Both the position numbers and the translations under genes were made by a program. A DNA stretch of 64,000 nucleotides from the IMG/VR virus record IMGVR_UViG_3300025011_000027, positions 1 through 64,000 of that record; one strand, given 5' to 3'. Positions 9,664-19,429 of this stretch are shown here, one piece after another. This DNA is from a virus. Each line of letters begins with the position of its first letter. Position 1 is the stretch's first letter. The notes beneath the pieces are model-generated. The model was not told the DNA's origin, searched no databases, and worked only from the letters and a program-made list of their open reading frames with translations.

Positions 9664-11052
9664 ACTGTAATCGCCTGATAGCAGTACCCATCCTGGAGTT
9701 GCTATGAACATCTTTCTAATGTCTTTGTTATGACTAGGAATGTTCTGCAAGTTAGGATCAGAGCTTGAGAACCGCCCTGTCTTGGCTCCGTATTGATTAA
9801 AGCTACCATGTAGTCTACCGGTCTTCTCTTTGACCTCTCTAGGCATCTTGTCAATATAGGTTGAAAGCAGTTTAGCTAATCCCCTATAGTCCAACAAGTC
9901 TTTAAATAATTGAGCGTGGTCTGGATACTCAGTCTTCATTATGTCAAGAAGTTCTTCTCCGGTTCCTCTTGGTTTGTCTGAGTCCGGACTTTTTAACTTA
10001 AACAAGTCATAGAATATAATTGCTAACTGAGGAGGACTGTTCAAATTGATAGGCACTGATAACTTAGATCGTTGTTCCACAGTAAGCTTTGAATAATCAA
10101 GGTCCTTAAAATGAGAAAGAGCTTTAATCTCAGCGTCTTTATAGTATTTAGTATACTGAACGGATAACTTGGAAGCGTATGGTTTATCTATACATACTCC
10201 AGTGTCTTCCATTTCAGAAACGTAACTGATTAAAGGTAATTCTGTATCTCTGAGGAGCATAGAGGCTAAGTAGAGTCCTTTTTCCTTACATAGAACACTC
10301 TCAGGGTCAAGATATTGCATTTGGAATTTCATAAGCTCGAACGTCATACGAGGATCTTTACCAGCGTATAAATGAGCAATATCAAGAGGTACCTTTTGAT
10401 AAGGGACACCTTTAAATAACTCTTGGAACTTAAGTGCATCAGCTTCTTGACCTTTATTGACATACTTATTCCAAAGAGTTTTAAGAGGATGAGGTTCGTT
10501 CTCATTAAGGAAGTTAGATGCAATCAAGGTACACCAGAATACAGGCATGTATAATTTCAAACTCTTTTGAATAACTCGAATATCATACTTTGCATTATGA
10601 TATACAAGCTTCATCGACAAGCATTTTTTCAGCTCAGACCGCATTAGCTCATCTGAGATTTGATTAGGAAGCTCTTTTCCGTTACGGTCTACGTGATGCA
10701 TAGGAACATAAATGGTCCTATCTTCTCCGTAATAAAAACCTATTCCTGCTAAGTTATTCTCGATTGGGTCTAAACTATCTCCCTCAGTGTCGATTACCAT
10801 TATTCCGACTTGTCTAGCTCTGTGCATAAATTCTTTGAAGCGTTCCTCTGAAGTAACTAACTCTATCGTTCCATCATCTATAAGCTTCTGACGGGCCAAA
10901 CTGATAACTGCATCTAGCTTATTACTATTTCCTACTATCGAAATAGTTTTGGACTGTTTTGGTGAATTTGCTTTCTCAACAACCTTTTTATTCATTTCTT
11001 TGGATCCCTTAAGTTGCGGGAGACTTCCAAAGAGTGACGTTTGCTTTGCCAA
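9664..11052 (-). CDS. polA: DNA polymerase family A, exon 1 (3'-5' exonuclease and first part of polymerase)
   Basis: IDTEG, YHNAKYD, YAGKD, NLNSPPQL, TGRFSSSDPNLQNIP, LSGDYS; spliced product about 764 aa. Confidence 0.95.
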
Positions 11053-11082
11053 TTATTTACCTCCTCTATCTTGTACTAACTA

Positions 11083-11121
11083 ATATATAACAAAAAGACA
11101 GCACTTTTTAAGTGTGCTGCC
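11083..11121 (-). promoter_or_regulatory. Phage promoter/terminator composite (copy 3)
   Basis: ggcagcac-aCTTAAAAA-gtgctgtc-TTTTTGT-TATATAT. Confidence 0.8.
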
Positions 11122-11139
11122 TCTTTATTTAAGTATCGT

Positions 11140-11814
11140 TTAAAAAACGTCTTCCGCTGCTCTGCTCGTGCGCTCTCTGCGCTGAACAGGATTATTCTGA
11201 GAAGGAGCTGAATCGCCAGGTGATTGGTCTGTTCCACTATCCTCGGATTTAGGAGGACTGAACTTGCCTTGCATTGCTAAGCGCATGTTGTCACGAGACA
11301 GATTAAGAACTAAACCATTCTTATCCTTTTCTCCCAATAACTTTTGCTTTCTCTCGCACATCTGCTCAAATGTAATTCCGTCCCTGTCGTATCCGTAAAG
11401 CTCATAAAAAGTCTTAGGATCATTAGGAATACCGTTACGCTCAATTTCATAAAGGCGATTGTACAAAGGGCCGTTACTGGTAATTTTGTCATTGATCTTT
11501 GGAATAAAAGTGCGGCCACGTTCCCAAACTGTAATTTCACTAGTTTTAGGATCTTCTAACTGAAGGAATAACTTGATTTGCGGTTTATTTTTTAAGCATC
11601 CCTCACAGTCCTCTTCTTCGGTACACTGAACATATCGCTTCTTACTGTCAACTTGAATCTCGTGAACAACAAACCAGTCCTCTTCGGCAACCAGCGATTC
11701 TCCAACTAAGATACGCATAACCGCGGTATCTTTGTCGTTTACAAGTGAGAAAAATCCTGCTCCCCCACCTTTGTAAGCTTCCAATGCATCGTCAAGATTT
11801 CTTTTCTTTGCCAT
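11140..11814 (-). CDS. Phage single-stranded DNA-binding protein (gp32-like)
   Basis: FFSL..DKD, H..C...CEGC zinc site, VWERG, IERNG; low-complexity tail ending DVF; next to polA. Confidence 0.7.
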   Translation of the reverse strand: MAKKRNLDDALEAYKGGGAGFFSLVNDKDTAVMRILVGESLVAEEDWFVVHEIQVDSKKRYVQCTEEEDCEGCLKNKPQIKLFLQLEDPKTSEITVWERGRTFIPKINDKITSNGPLYNRLYEIERNGIPNDPKTFYELYGYDRDGITFEQMCERKQKLLGEKDKNGLVLNLSRDNMRLAMQGKFSPPKSEDSGTDQSPGDSAPSQNNPVQRRERTSRAAEDVF

Positions 11815-12035
11815 TTAGTGTTTTCCCCCTTAGTTTTTATGATAGATTGCAAGCGGTCTTAAAGAATTCAACCGCGACTTGCCTCTTCTGCTCAGACTTG
11901 GGGAGACATTTGCCCCAATCAACTTCAATACCAGAAGTCTTACTAGATATGATGATAAAATCACCTTGTAAGAATTGCACCAATAGCTTGAGTCGATTCA
12001 ACATTTTGTCTTTTCCCCCTTCGTCTTGATACTAG

Positions 12036-12065
12036 ACATATAATAAAAAGTGACTAATTTTTAAG
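12036..12065 (-). promoter_or_regulatory. Phage promoter (copy 4, no hairpin)
   Basis: CTTAAAAA-N15-TATATGT, same spacing as the other copies. Confidence 0.7.
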
Positions 12066-12084
12066 TAGAAGCGTAAAATATTTT

Positions 12085-12705
12085 TTAGGTGCAAATAGCT
12101 ATGCTAAGTTTTTTACTTAAAGACCTCCTGATATAAGTTATGGCTGCTGAACTGATTCCTAGTATCAGAGCAATATCAGTGTCTTTAATGGTTGTGTACT
12201 TAGTCACGAGCTTGCAATAAGAAAGCTCATTAGGAGTAATATTAAAGGACTTTAAAGTTTCGTACATATCAATTAACCTATATGTTTCATCATTCTCTCC
12301 CTTAAGTATAGGAGTCAGAGGAGTACCATACTCTCCTGGGACAATATCAAGACTCTCAGTGTTATAATTTCCTTTTCTAACTTGATGATGAAGAACCTGA
12401 GTTTCCCACCTAAACCTAGCTTCAACATAACGTATATATAACGTCTGTATCTGCGCTCCTTTATTCTCATCATAAGCAAGCATTGACTTGTTAAGTTCTT
12501 CAACACATATACTGGCTTTATCCTCTCCTGTAAGATTAAAGTATTTATTGGAGTGTAGAACAGATAAGGGAAATAGTTCGCAAAACACGAAGGAAAATAG
12601 TATTGGATCTTGGGATACTTGATACTCTTTAGTGATTTTACAGAGATCAGTCTCCCCGTCGTGTAGTTTAGCTAGGTCGTTAAAAGTTTCATAGGTTTGT
12701 TGCAT
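12085..12705 (-). CDS. Phage-encoded sigma70-family sigma factor
   Basis: Region 2-like EDKASICVEEL..SM..YDENKGAQIQTLYIRYV; region 4 HTH DTDIALILGISSAAITYIR. Confidence 0.7.
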   Translation of the reverse strand: MQQTYETFNDLAKLHDGETDLCKITKEYQVSQDPILFSFVFCELFPLSVLHSNKYFNLTGEDKASICVEELNKSMLAYDENKGAQIQTLYIRYVEARFRWETQVLHHQVRKGNYNTESLDIVPGEYGTPLTPILKGENDETYRLIDMYETLKSFNITPNELSYCKLVTKYTTIKDTDIALILGISSAAITYIRRSLSKKLSIAICT

Positions 12706-12998
12706 GCTTCTTCTCTCTCTTTCGTCTCAATTTTACAAGTTTCGCATTGTGGAGGTGTAATATTACTAATTAATATTATGTAGACATCTTAATAATATTA
12801 CTCGGTAATACTGAACGTAAGCAAAGCTCGTGTACACTGATTTAGACTATAAAAAGATCAGTTATCGACAGAATGGCGTACTTTTTCGCGATTTTTCGCT
12901 ACTTTTTACTAAATTTTAGTTATGGTTGTTAAATATTCTCATAGTTTCATAAAATTGTATAAGTATATAGCGTAATTTGTAAACCATTTGAAATAATG

Positions 12999-13994
12999 TC
13001 AAAATAATGACATTGATAAACTACTAAACTGCTCATCGTCCAGTTGGTTTACGTCTTTAACTCCTTTAGGAAACTGAAGATTGTACAATACCTTATCTCC
13101 TTCGAGAGATTTTCTTAATCTCCTTGCACCTTCTTCCCCAGCCTTATCATTGTCATAAGAACTGACAAACTTTCTTACCGGTACAGCTTTCAGTAGTTTT
13201 AGCTGTGCTTCAGTTGGAATTGATCCTAGTGTTGCTATGCCCGCCTCACCTCTTCCCCACCATGTTAGTGCGTCTATGATGCTCTCAGTAACAAACAGAC
13301 GCTTAATCCAACTTAAATTTTGGTATACTTGATATAGTCCATAGACTGTACTTCCTCTTAAAGATGCTTCAGCGTTCATAAAAAACTTTCCCTCAACTGC
13401 TCTACGCTGAATGAACAAAACTCTATTTTGCAAATCTTTAACAGGGAATGTCAAACAGTTTGTTGCTTGGTCAAATCCTACATCGAAGTACTCAATGACT
13501 CGCTCTGTGAGCTTGCGCTCGGTCATATACGGATGATAGTATCGGTAGCTCTCTAGCTCTTCTTCTGAGACAATCTGTAGCGGCTCAGAGCATTTTTTAG
13601 AGCCTCGGCTCATGTCAAGTTCTATCGAAGTACGTTCCGAGATTGCAAGGTTAACAAAGTTTGATGTCAGCCACTTGAATCCGTAATTACCTCCATCATT
13701 GTGACCGAAACAATCAGAGATAAAATTAGGAAGGTCTGTTGTGTAACCACACACGTAGCAGTGGCAAGTTCCTTCAGGGAATACTTTTCCGTTACGTTTT
13801 ACTACTCTTGTCGAAATACCTAAGGCGGGCTTTTTCTCTACCCCACCTCCGTGCTTAATGCAAGTCAACATAATATTACCATGAGTTGGTTTAACGTCTC
13901 TCAGTAGTTCTATCTGTTTTGATACAAGGTCCATCTTTAGAACACTTATAACTGATTCAATAGATGCAAGGATGGGTACTCCCCAAATCTCCAT
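12999..13994 (-). CDS. DnaG-like primase
   Basis: Zn finger CIKH...CHCYVCG; TOPRIM TESIIDALT, YDNDKAG, KDVN. Confidence 0.9.
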   Translation of the reverse strand: MEIWGVPILASIESVISVLKMDLVSKQIELLRDVKPTHGNIMLTCIKHGGGVEKKPALGISTRVVKRNGKVFPEGTCHCYVCGYTTDLPNFISDCFGHNDGGNYGFKWLTSNFVNLAISERTSIELDMSRGSKKCSEPLQIVSEEELESYRYYHPYMTERKLTERVIEYFDVGFDQATNCLTFPVKDLQNRVLFIQRRAVEGKFFMNAEASLRGSTVYGLYQVYQNLSWIKRLFVTESIIDALTWWGRGEAGIATLGSIPTEAQLKLLKAVPVRKFVSSYDNDKAGEEGARRLRKSLEGDKVLYNLQFPKGVKDVNQLDDEQFSSLSMSLF

Positions 13995-15310
13995 TAAAAA
14001 AGATCCTCCCCATCAGTTATCTTCTTAACGTCTTTAGCTTTCCCTTTCTTATCAGTACTAACATGCAGAAAAGGTTTAACAATACCTTTGTCAATATCCC
14101 ACAATAACATGATTTCTTGATTATCTTTACCGTACCTGTTTTTCTTTACAGCTAACTTCATTGTCGAACCCATTTGTTTAATGGCAATAACTCGCGTGGC
14201 ATTTTGAGGCACACCATCAGACTCACTAATTTCATGTAGCTCAGGAGTCGCTTCGTCTGTCTTATCTTTTGTTTTGTCAGCACTTACTCTGTTTGACTGA
14301 GCTGGAGATAAAATTGGTATACCATATTTTTCTGACGTTAGATAAAGATCCTCTGAAATATGGGTAAACTTAATCCTTTCCATGTCGCCTTTACTAGCTC
14401 GATAGTCGGACATTAAGCTTAACTGATCAACACCTACTATTCCTGGGTTATGCTGCTCAATAAGAGAGTGCAGAATAGGAATAGTCAGTCTAACTCCTCC
14501 TATATCTTTCGGAGTAACTACAATAAAGGGTGAGCAATCTTGCTTAGAAAGGATTGACAAGTATCCAAAATAATCGTCAGGAGATTTAGGAACATCTACT
14601 GTACCTAGATGAGCTAGTCCTCCCATTAATCCGTCATTAGAGAAGTTTGAGTTGATAGTGTCAAATCTAAAACCAACTAGCATCTTACTCATTTCACCAC
14701 TATACAGTAAAACCTTAACTCCCATCTTCCATGCCATGATCAAAAAGAAAAGAAGTACCCAAGTCTTGCCTTCAGAAGTTCTTCCAACAATTACAATAAA
14801 GTCTTCTTTTAACCAACCATGCGTAATAGTATCAAGCTCAGCAATACTTGAAGCTATCCCAAGTAAACCTTCGGCCTCAAGCCTAAACTTATATTCCGCT
14901 GCTCTATCATCTGAATTTTTTACTAAGTCATATCCCACGTTATAGTTTGCCCTTAATTTGGCAATACGTTCAGATTCAAGGAGTACATAACTTGCAGCTT
15001 CTTGAGCGTTCTCAACAACCATATCAGCTACCTTACGAACAAAAGGAACCATCTGAGAATATACATACTGTTCCTGTAGAGTTTCAATTAAGTACTTATC
15101 TGGCTCGTGTACGTCAATCAGATCAAAGTCTGGAAATTCATTTAAGAATGTTTCTTTATCAGGCAAGGAACCATAGTTCGTATAGTGTTCCATGATAAAC
15201 TCGAATTCCTTTTTATATGTAATAAAATAATCAGAGGTTACATTGTTTTGCCTGAGTAAAGATAATGAGCGTTCCTTTAAGATGTGATTTATGCATTGCA
15301 ATTCAATAAT
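13994..15310 (-). CDS. DnaB-like replicative helicase
   Basis: GRTSEGKTW (Walker A), YSGEM, GVDQLSLM, QSNR, ESDGV.Q.A, KNRYG; SD spacing favours an ATT start at 15310 over TTG at 15301. Confidence 0.92.
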   Translation of the reverse strand: MIELQCINHILKERSLSLLRQNNVTSDYFITYKKEFEFIMEHYTNYGSLPDKETFLNEFPDFDLIDVHEPDKYLIETLQEQYVYSQMVPFVRKVADMVVENAQEAASYVLLESERIAKLRANYNVGYDLVKNSDDRAAEYKFRLEAEGLLGIASSIAELDTITHGWLKEDFIVIVGRTSEGKTWVLLFFLIMAWKMGVKVLLYSGEMSKMLVGFRFDTINSNFSNDGLMGGLAHLGTVDVPKSPDDYFGYLSILSKQDCSPFIVVTPKDIGGVRLTIPILHSLIEQHNPGIVGVDQLSLMSDYRASKGDMERIKFTHISEDLYLTSEKYGIPILSPAQSNRVSADKTKDKTDEATPELHEISESDGVPQNATRVIAIKQMGSTMKLAVKKNRYGKDNQEIMLLWDIDKGIVKPFLHVSTDKKGKAKDVKKITDGEDLF

Positions 15311-15328
15311 GGTAAAACAACTCCCCTA

Positions 15329-16009
15329 CTAGTTATTTCTTCTGTCAGCACCAGAAAATTTAACTATACTACATTGCCCTTGTATCCTACTGACAATTCG
15401 ATCTCCTAAATATTCGTCTTTTCTCAGCTTTTCTAAAGGTATATTGCTCGTATATATCTGACTTAGTTCCTCAGCTTCTCGCGTACTGATAAACGAATAT
15501 AATGACTCCCTAACCCAGTCCGAAGGATTCTCTGCTCCTATATCATCCCATATAACTAAGTCAGCTCTTAATATGTTCTTAATCATTCTCTGAGTTACCT
15601 CAGAGGGATTGGAAAAGTTGTCGCGTATATCCTGAAGGAACTTGGGAACATTTACAAATAAACCTCTACACCTCATATTATTTGTCAGTGCTACAGCTCT
15701 TAAGTAAGCGTTCATAATTTTGCATGCCCAACTCGTCTTGCCATTTCCTTTGTATTCGCTATGTATAAATAACCCATCGCCACTCTCAACATGATTAACA
15801 ACATCTTCCATGAAATCTCGTAATGTTATATAAGCTGCCCGATCATCACCAGGATTAGTTAGAGTTATGTCATACCGGTACTTCTTTGGTAAATTGGACA
15901 GCTCATAAATATTTTCCAACTGAACATAGCCAACGCAGAAATCGTGGCATCTGTCTGTGTTTGCTTGCTTGCAGTAGTGCGCGGCATAACATTTTTTCAA
16001 TCTTCTCAC
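15329..16009 (-). CDS. DnaC/IstB-like helicase loader
   Basis: Cys-rich N-terminus, GNGKTSW, IWDDIG, YTSN, RIVSRI, GADRR. Confidence 0.9.
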   Translation of the reverse strand: MRRLKKCYAAHYCKQANTDRCHDFCVGYVQLENIYELSNLPKKYRYDITLTNPGDDRAAYITLRDFMEDVVNHVESGDGLFIHSEYKGNGKTSWACKIMNAYLRAVALTNNMRCRGLFVNVPKFLQDIRDNFSNPSEVTQRMIKNILRADLVIWDDIGAENPSDWVRESLYSFISTREAEELSQIYTSNIPLEKLRKDEYLGDRIVSRIQGQCSIVKFSGADRRNN

Positions 16010-16022
16010 TCCTCATAAACGG

Positions 16023-16059
16023 ATATATAATAAAAAGCGCACTTTTTTTAAGTGCGCTT
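16023..16059 (-). promoter_or_regulatory. Phage promoter/terminator composite (copy 5)
   Basis: aagcgcaCTTAAAAAaagtgcgcttTTTAT-TATATAT. Confidence 0.8.
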
Positions 16060-16123
16060 CGATGTTTAATATATAAAATTAGCCAAAGAAAAAGGTCGGA
16101 AGATTATACCCCCGACCCGTTTA

Positions 16124-16804
16124 CTATTTTATTTCAGCAACTGGAACATTGAAGCTCTTTCCTGCTTTATATCCTTCTAACTTAGCTGCCTGATCATTGG
16201 ATCCTGCAATATAAGTAGTGGTTTTACTTTTCTTCAGTTTCATATTTTCTACGTACTCGTCAACTACTTTGTCCTTAACAATTACTAGTCCCCAGTTATT
16301 ATTTTTTACTTGCTCAGCGTACTTATCTTCTAAACCTTTTAGAAATCCTTTAAAAAAGTTATTCTTAATCCCAGCTCTTCCATCTTTTGCCGGATTTTTT
16401 AGCATAAACATACCAGCCGAATGATCTAAATATTTACTGGCGAACTGATAAACTGACTTCGCAATTTCGGCGTCCTCTTTAAGTCCTATGAATCCAATGC
16501 TTGTTTTCCCTTTAATCTTACGAATGAAACTTATGCATCTAAAGTTGGCACATATTATTCGAGCCAACGCTTTCTTCCACCAAATAGTTGAACCGTATCC
16601 CATTACTAGAGTCTCTATGATCTCTTTAAGTGCTACATCGTCAGATAAGTCTTCCATTGATAAACCGGCTTCGGCAAGCAGACTTTGAGCTTTCAGCATT
16701 GCAGCTTCGCACTCATTCTCATTAGAGTTGTAGGAGCTATCGGCTTTCGTGAGTAATTTCTTTACCTTATCCAGTACCTTTTCATTTTGAGTCATTAAAA
16801 TCAA
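16124..16804 (-). CDS. DUF2786-family protein
   Basis: KVLDKVKKLL.KA...ENECEAAMLKAQSLL; WWKKALA.IICANFRC. Confidence 0.75.
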   Translation of the reverse strand: MILMTQNEKVLDKVKKLLTKADSSYNSNENECEAAMLKAQSLLAEAGLSMEDLSDDVALKEIIETLVMGYGSTIWWKKALARIICANFRCISFIRKIKGKTSIGFIGLKEDAEIAKSVYQFASKYLDHSAGMFMLKNPAKDGRAGIKNNFFKGFLKGLEDKYAEQVKNNNWGLVIVKDKVVDEYVENMKLKKSKTTTYIAGSNDQAAKLEGYKAGKSFNVPVAEIK

Positions 16805-16823
16805 TCCTTTCAGTTTAAGAGTT

Positions 16824-17132
16824 TTACAGGCTTAGATCAAGACCACTAGTTTCTTTGATAGTTCTTTTTAGATCAGTCGCATAAACGTCCTCTTCTTTTT
16901 TGACCTCTTTGAAATTCACTCGCCCCAGTTTGTAATAGGTAATATCGTAAGTGTCTTTCCAGTTAAGCTCTATTTTTATGCAGTTAATTTTTGGGTTCAT
17001 CATAAATCTGAAAGTAATACTTGTCTCGGTCGCGGAAAAGTTTTTTGCTCCAATCATAGCGTGAAGCTTACCCATACCACCAAGTTGTTGAAGAATAGTT
17101 TCTGCCACTTGCGTATTACGTTGATCACTCAT
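16824..17132 (-). CDS. Conserved phage hypothetical protein
   Basis: AETILQQLGG...MIGAKNF...DTYDI...VY..L..I..TSGL; AAGGAG RBS before ATG 17132. Confidence 0.7.
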   Translation of the reverse strand: MSDQRNTQVAETILQQLGGMGKLHAMIGAKNFSATETSITFRFMMNPKINCIKIELNWKDTYDITYYKLGRVNFKEVKKEEDVYATDLKRTIKETSGLDLSL

Positions 17133-17185
17133 AGCTCTGTCTCCTTTAGTTTTCTCTAGTTTGTGAGACTCTTGCTCACAAGATA

Positions 17186-17214
17186 ATAATAACATATTAT
17201 CTGGTAATATGCAA
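17186..17214 (-). promoter_or_regulatory. SigmaA-like early promoter
   Basis: TTGCAT-N17-TATTAT with TGT extension. Confidence 0.55.
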
Positions 17215-17231
17215 TGTTTTACCTCCTAAAA

Positions 17232-17696
17232 TCATAACTGAAGGATAGCTTCGTAAATGGCTTGAGTTGCCAATTCATCGACTCGCTCATTCAGAGGATG
17301 ACCTCTGTGACCTCTAACATGAGTAAACTTTATGTGATTAAACATACGAACCTCAATAAGCAGCTCTTTCCAAATTGGGATATTTTTAACAGGATCGCCA
17401 GAATAAGCTCTCCACCCGTTACGTTCCCAATTTTCATACCACCGCTTATTAAAACAGTTTATCACGTAAGCGGAGTCCGATATTACTTCCACTGAAAGGT
17501 GTTTGCTTTCAATAGCTCTTAGCCCGTTTAAGAGAGCTTTCATCTCCATTTGTTGACTAGTGACCCCATGTTCAGAACCTCGTAGCTCTACTGATGCTCC
17601 TTTATATTGTATAAGTACTCCCCAACCACCAATACTATCAGTTTTTCCATTACGAGGGCATCCGCCATCACACGCTAATATGATATCTGCTTCCAT
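17232..17696 (-). CDS. rnhA: Ribonuclease HI
   Basis: CDGGC, GGWG, TSQQMEM, SDSAYV, W..NGW, VKN..W, HVRGH, NERVDELA. Confidence 0.93.
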   Translation of the reverse strand: MEADIILACDGGCPRNGKTDSIGGWGVLIQYKGASVELRGSEHGVTSQQMEMKALLNGLRAIESKHLSVEVISDSAYVINCFNKRWYENWERNGWRAYSGDPVKNIPIWKELLIEVRMFNHIKFTHVRGHRGHPLNERVDELATQAIYEAILQL

Positions 17697-17798
17697 TATG
17701 TAGACCTCCTATAATTAAGTGATACAAGCTCTTTAAACTGTTGTAACGTATTTGTACGCACTTTAAGTTTAAAGCTGCTAGACATAAGAGTGCATGTC

Positions 17799-17987
17799 TT
17801 ACACTTGATTTTTTAAGTTAGTGACAGAGTGATAATGAACTATACTAGCTTCAAGTGCTTTTGCTCTGTCAGAATCACGTATAGGTACACCTGATAACCA
17901 GAAATATTTACATATCACATCACGAGGAAGAGTCTTACCATATGAGCATTGATCTCGGTTAAGGCAATCTCTTATTACCATTAACAA
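17799..17987 (-). CDS. Small Cys-containing hypothetical protein
   Basis: ORF in operon order with RBS. Confidence 0.5.
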   Translation of the reverse strand: MLMVIRDCLNRDQCSYGKTLPRDVICKYFWLSGVPIRDSDRAKALEASIVHYHSVTNLKNQV

Positions 17988-17996
17988 TTCCTCCCT

Positions 17997-18743
17997 TTAA
18001 AATTTCTCATCCTTGTAAAGTTCGTTGAGTCTAGTTTGCTCAGCTATTTCAGCATCGGTTAAAACCTTTTTATCTGCCGCATAAGAAAACTTAAGCTCTA
18101 TGTTCTTCATGATCTCTTGAACTACTTTATAATTTTGGCCAAGCATTGGAAAGGTCAAACTTTCTTTCTTCCGGTTAGGGTAGTCTGAATAGCGAGAAAG
18201 TAGCTCGTCTATATAACTACATATCATTTCAGGAGGTATTTGGTAATTTTCAATAAACGCTTTCATGTTTGGAACCTGAGAAGACTTTAACTCAACAACT
18301 ATCTTTTCAGGCATTAACTCATTATGTTTGGTAATATAGTAATAGGTGAAGTCGCGCGGCTTTATACTATCCCAACTTAACTTTCCATCCTTAGCATCTG
18401 AAATATCTTGCAAGGCTCTCTTAATCGTATTTGGTTTAGCTTTAGCAACTGAAGGAGCGGGCAACTTAAAAAGAGTAGACTGAGATTTTTTAGTTGTACT
18501 TTTAAGGAGCGTTGACTCGTCAGAGTCTAACTTTACGTTAGTAAAGTTCTCGTTTTCTTTTTGTTTATTAGTGTTAGTATTACTTGGTTGGCAATTTCCG
18601 AAGTCTTGAGTTTGCAAATTGCAATGTCTGTCCGTGACATTTTCACGATCAGAGCACGAATTTTCAGTGCTATTTTTGCCGGAATTGCTCTGATCGTGAC
18701 AATTGCATTGACTGAATGCGGAATTTCCAATGTCTGCTTTCAC
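17997..18743 (-). CDS. C-terminal part or partner of replication initiator (heptad-repeat linker, NTNTN motif)
   Basis: Starts with ~7-aa degenerate repeats then SNTNTNK, typical of initiator linkers; in the -1 frame relative to the RepA_N ORF. Confidence 0.65.
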   Translation of the reverse strand: MKADIGNSAFSQCNCHDQSNSGKNSTENSCSDRENVTDRHCNLQTQDFGNCQPSNTNTNKQKENENFTNVKLDSDESTLLKSTTKKSQSTLFKLPAPSVAKAKPNTIKRALQDISDAKDGKLSWDSIKPRDFTYYYITKHNELMPEKIVVELKSSQVPNMKAFIENYQIPPEMICSYIDELLSRYSDYPNRKKESLTFPMLGQNYKVVQEIMKNIELKFSYAADKKVLTDAEIAEQTRLNELYKDEKF

Positions 18744-18750
18744 GACTTTT
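18590..18750. repeat. Iteron-like degenerate ~21-bp repeats and a 14-bp inverted repeat (candidate origin)
   Basis: tcacgatcagagca 18643-18656 / tgctctgatcgtga 18686-18699; caatgtctg repeated; heptad periodicity in the protein. Confidence 0.55.
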
Positions 18751-19183
18751 TTCCCCCTCCGTCTAAATCCTCAGTTTCTACAGTCTCATGATTGAAATTA
18801 TCTAGTTCATCGGACCAGTTAGACGCATCGACACTCCCAAAATAAATCTTATTTGCTTTACCTAAACCTCGTCTAACTTCATTTACAAGTCCGTATTGGG
18901 TCAATTCTTTGAAATATTTAACGACTGAAGATACATTAACATTCATCAGTTTGGATAATTGGTCTCTCGTAAAGATAACAAATATGCCATCACTATCCCT
19001 GTACCTGTATTTGTTATTCTTAGATAAGTTTCGTTTATTTCTAAGAATAGCGTAAAGTACAATAGCTGAGTGGGATATTTTGTACTTAGGATTCATGATC
19101 AACACTTGTGGAAAAGAAAAGTATAATTCTTTTTTATCTTCCTCATCAGTCATTGGTTTGTATGGTATTACGACCTCTTCCAC
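18740..19183 (-). CDS. RepA_N-family replication initiator N-terminal winged-helix domain
   Basis: YFSFPQVL..NPKY..S..AIVLYAILR.K..LS..N...D.DG.FVIFT...L...M........K..KEL...GL....R.GLGKANKIY. Confidence 0.8.
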   Translation of the reverse strand: MEEVVIPYKPMTDEEDKKELYFSFPQVLIMNPKYKISHSAIVLYAILRNKRNLSKNNKYRYRDSDGIFVIFTRDQLSKLMNVNVSSVVKYFKELTQYGLVNEVRRGLGKANKIYFGSVDASNWSDELDNFNHETVETEDLDGGGKKS

Positions 19184-19231
19184 TATACCACTCCTTAAAA
19201 ATTAGGCTTAGAAAAGGGAGCATGTTGCTCC

Positions 19232-19429
19232 CTAATTTACGTCTCGTGTAATTTCGTCAATCATGTTTTCCACTTCAAGAATGCAGGTGTTTTTGGCAGT
19301 TATGTTTGCCTTCTTAAAATCGTCGGTAGGATCAAGTTCGACAACAACTCTAAAATCTGTCCTGTGCCAAACTTTCTTTCGGTCCTCGAAGCTCACTCCG
19401 TAACTCCGTGAGAACTCCTTTATCCTCAT
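19232..19429 (-). CDS. Hypothetical protein
   Basis: RBS AAGGGGGA; followed by terminator hairpin agggagca/gctccc-tttt at 19212-19233. Confidence 0.6.
   Translation of the reverse strand: MRIKEFSRSYGVSFEDRKKVWHRTDFRVVVELDPTDDFKKANITAKNTCILEVENMIDEITRDVN

Noticed and set aside
11815-12004. ORF between promoter copy 4 and SSB
   Set aside because: The ATG frame stops after about 26 codons; it may be a frameshifted remnant but cannot be supported.
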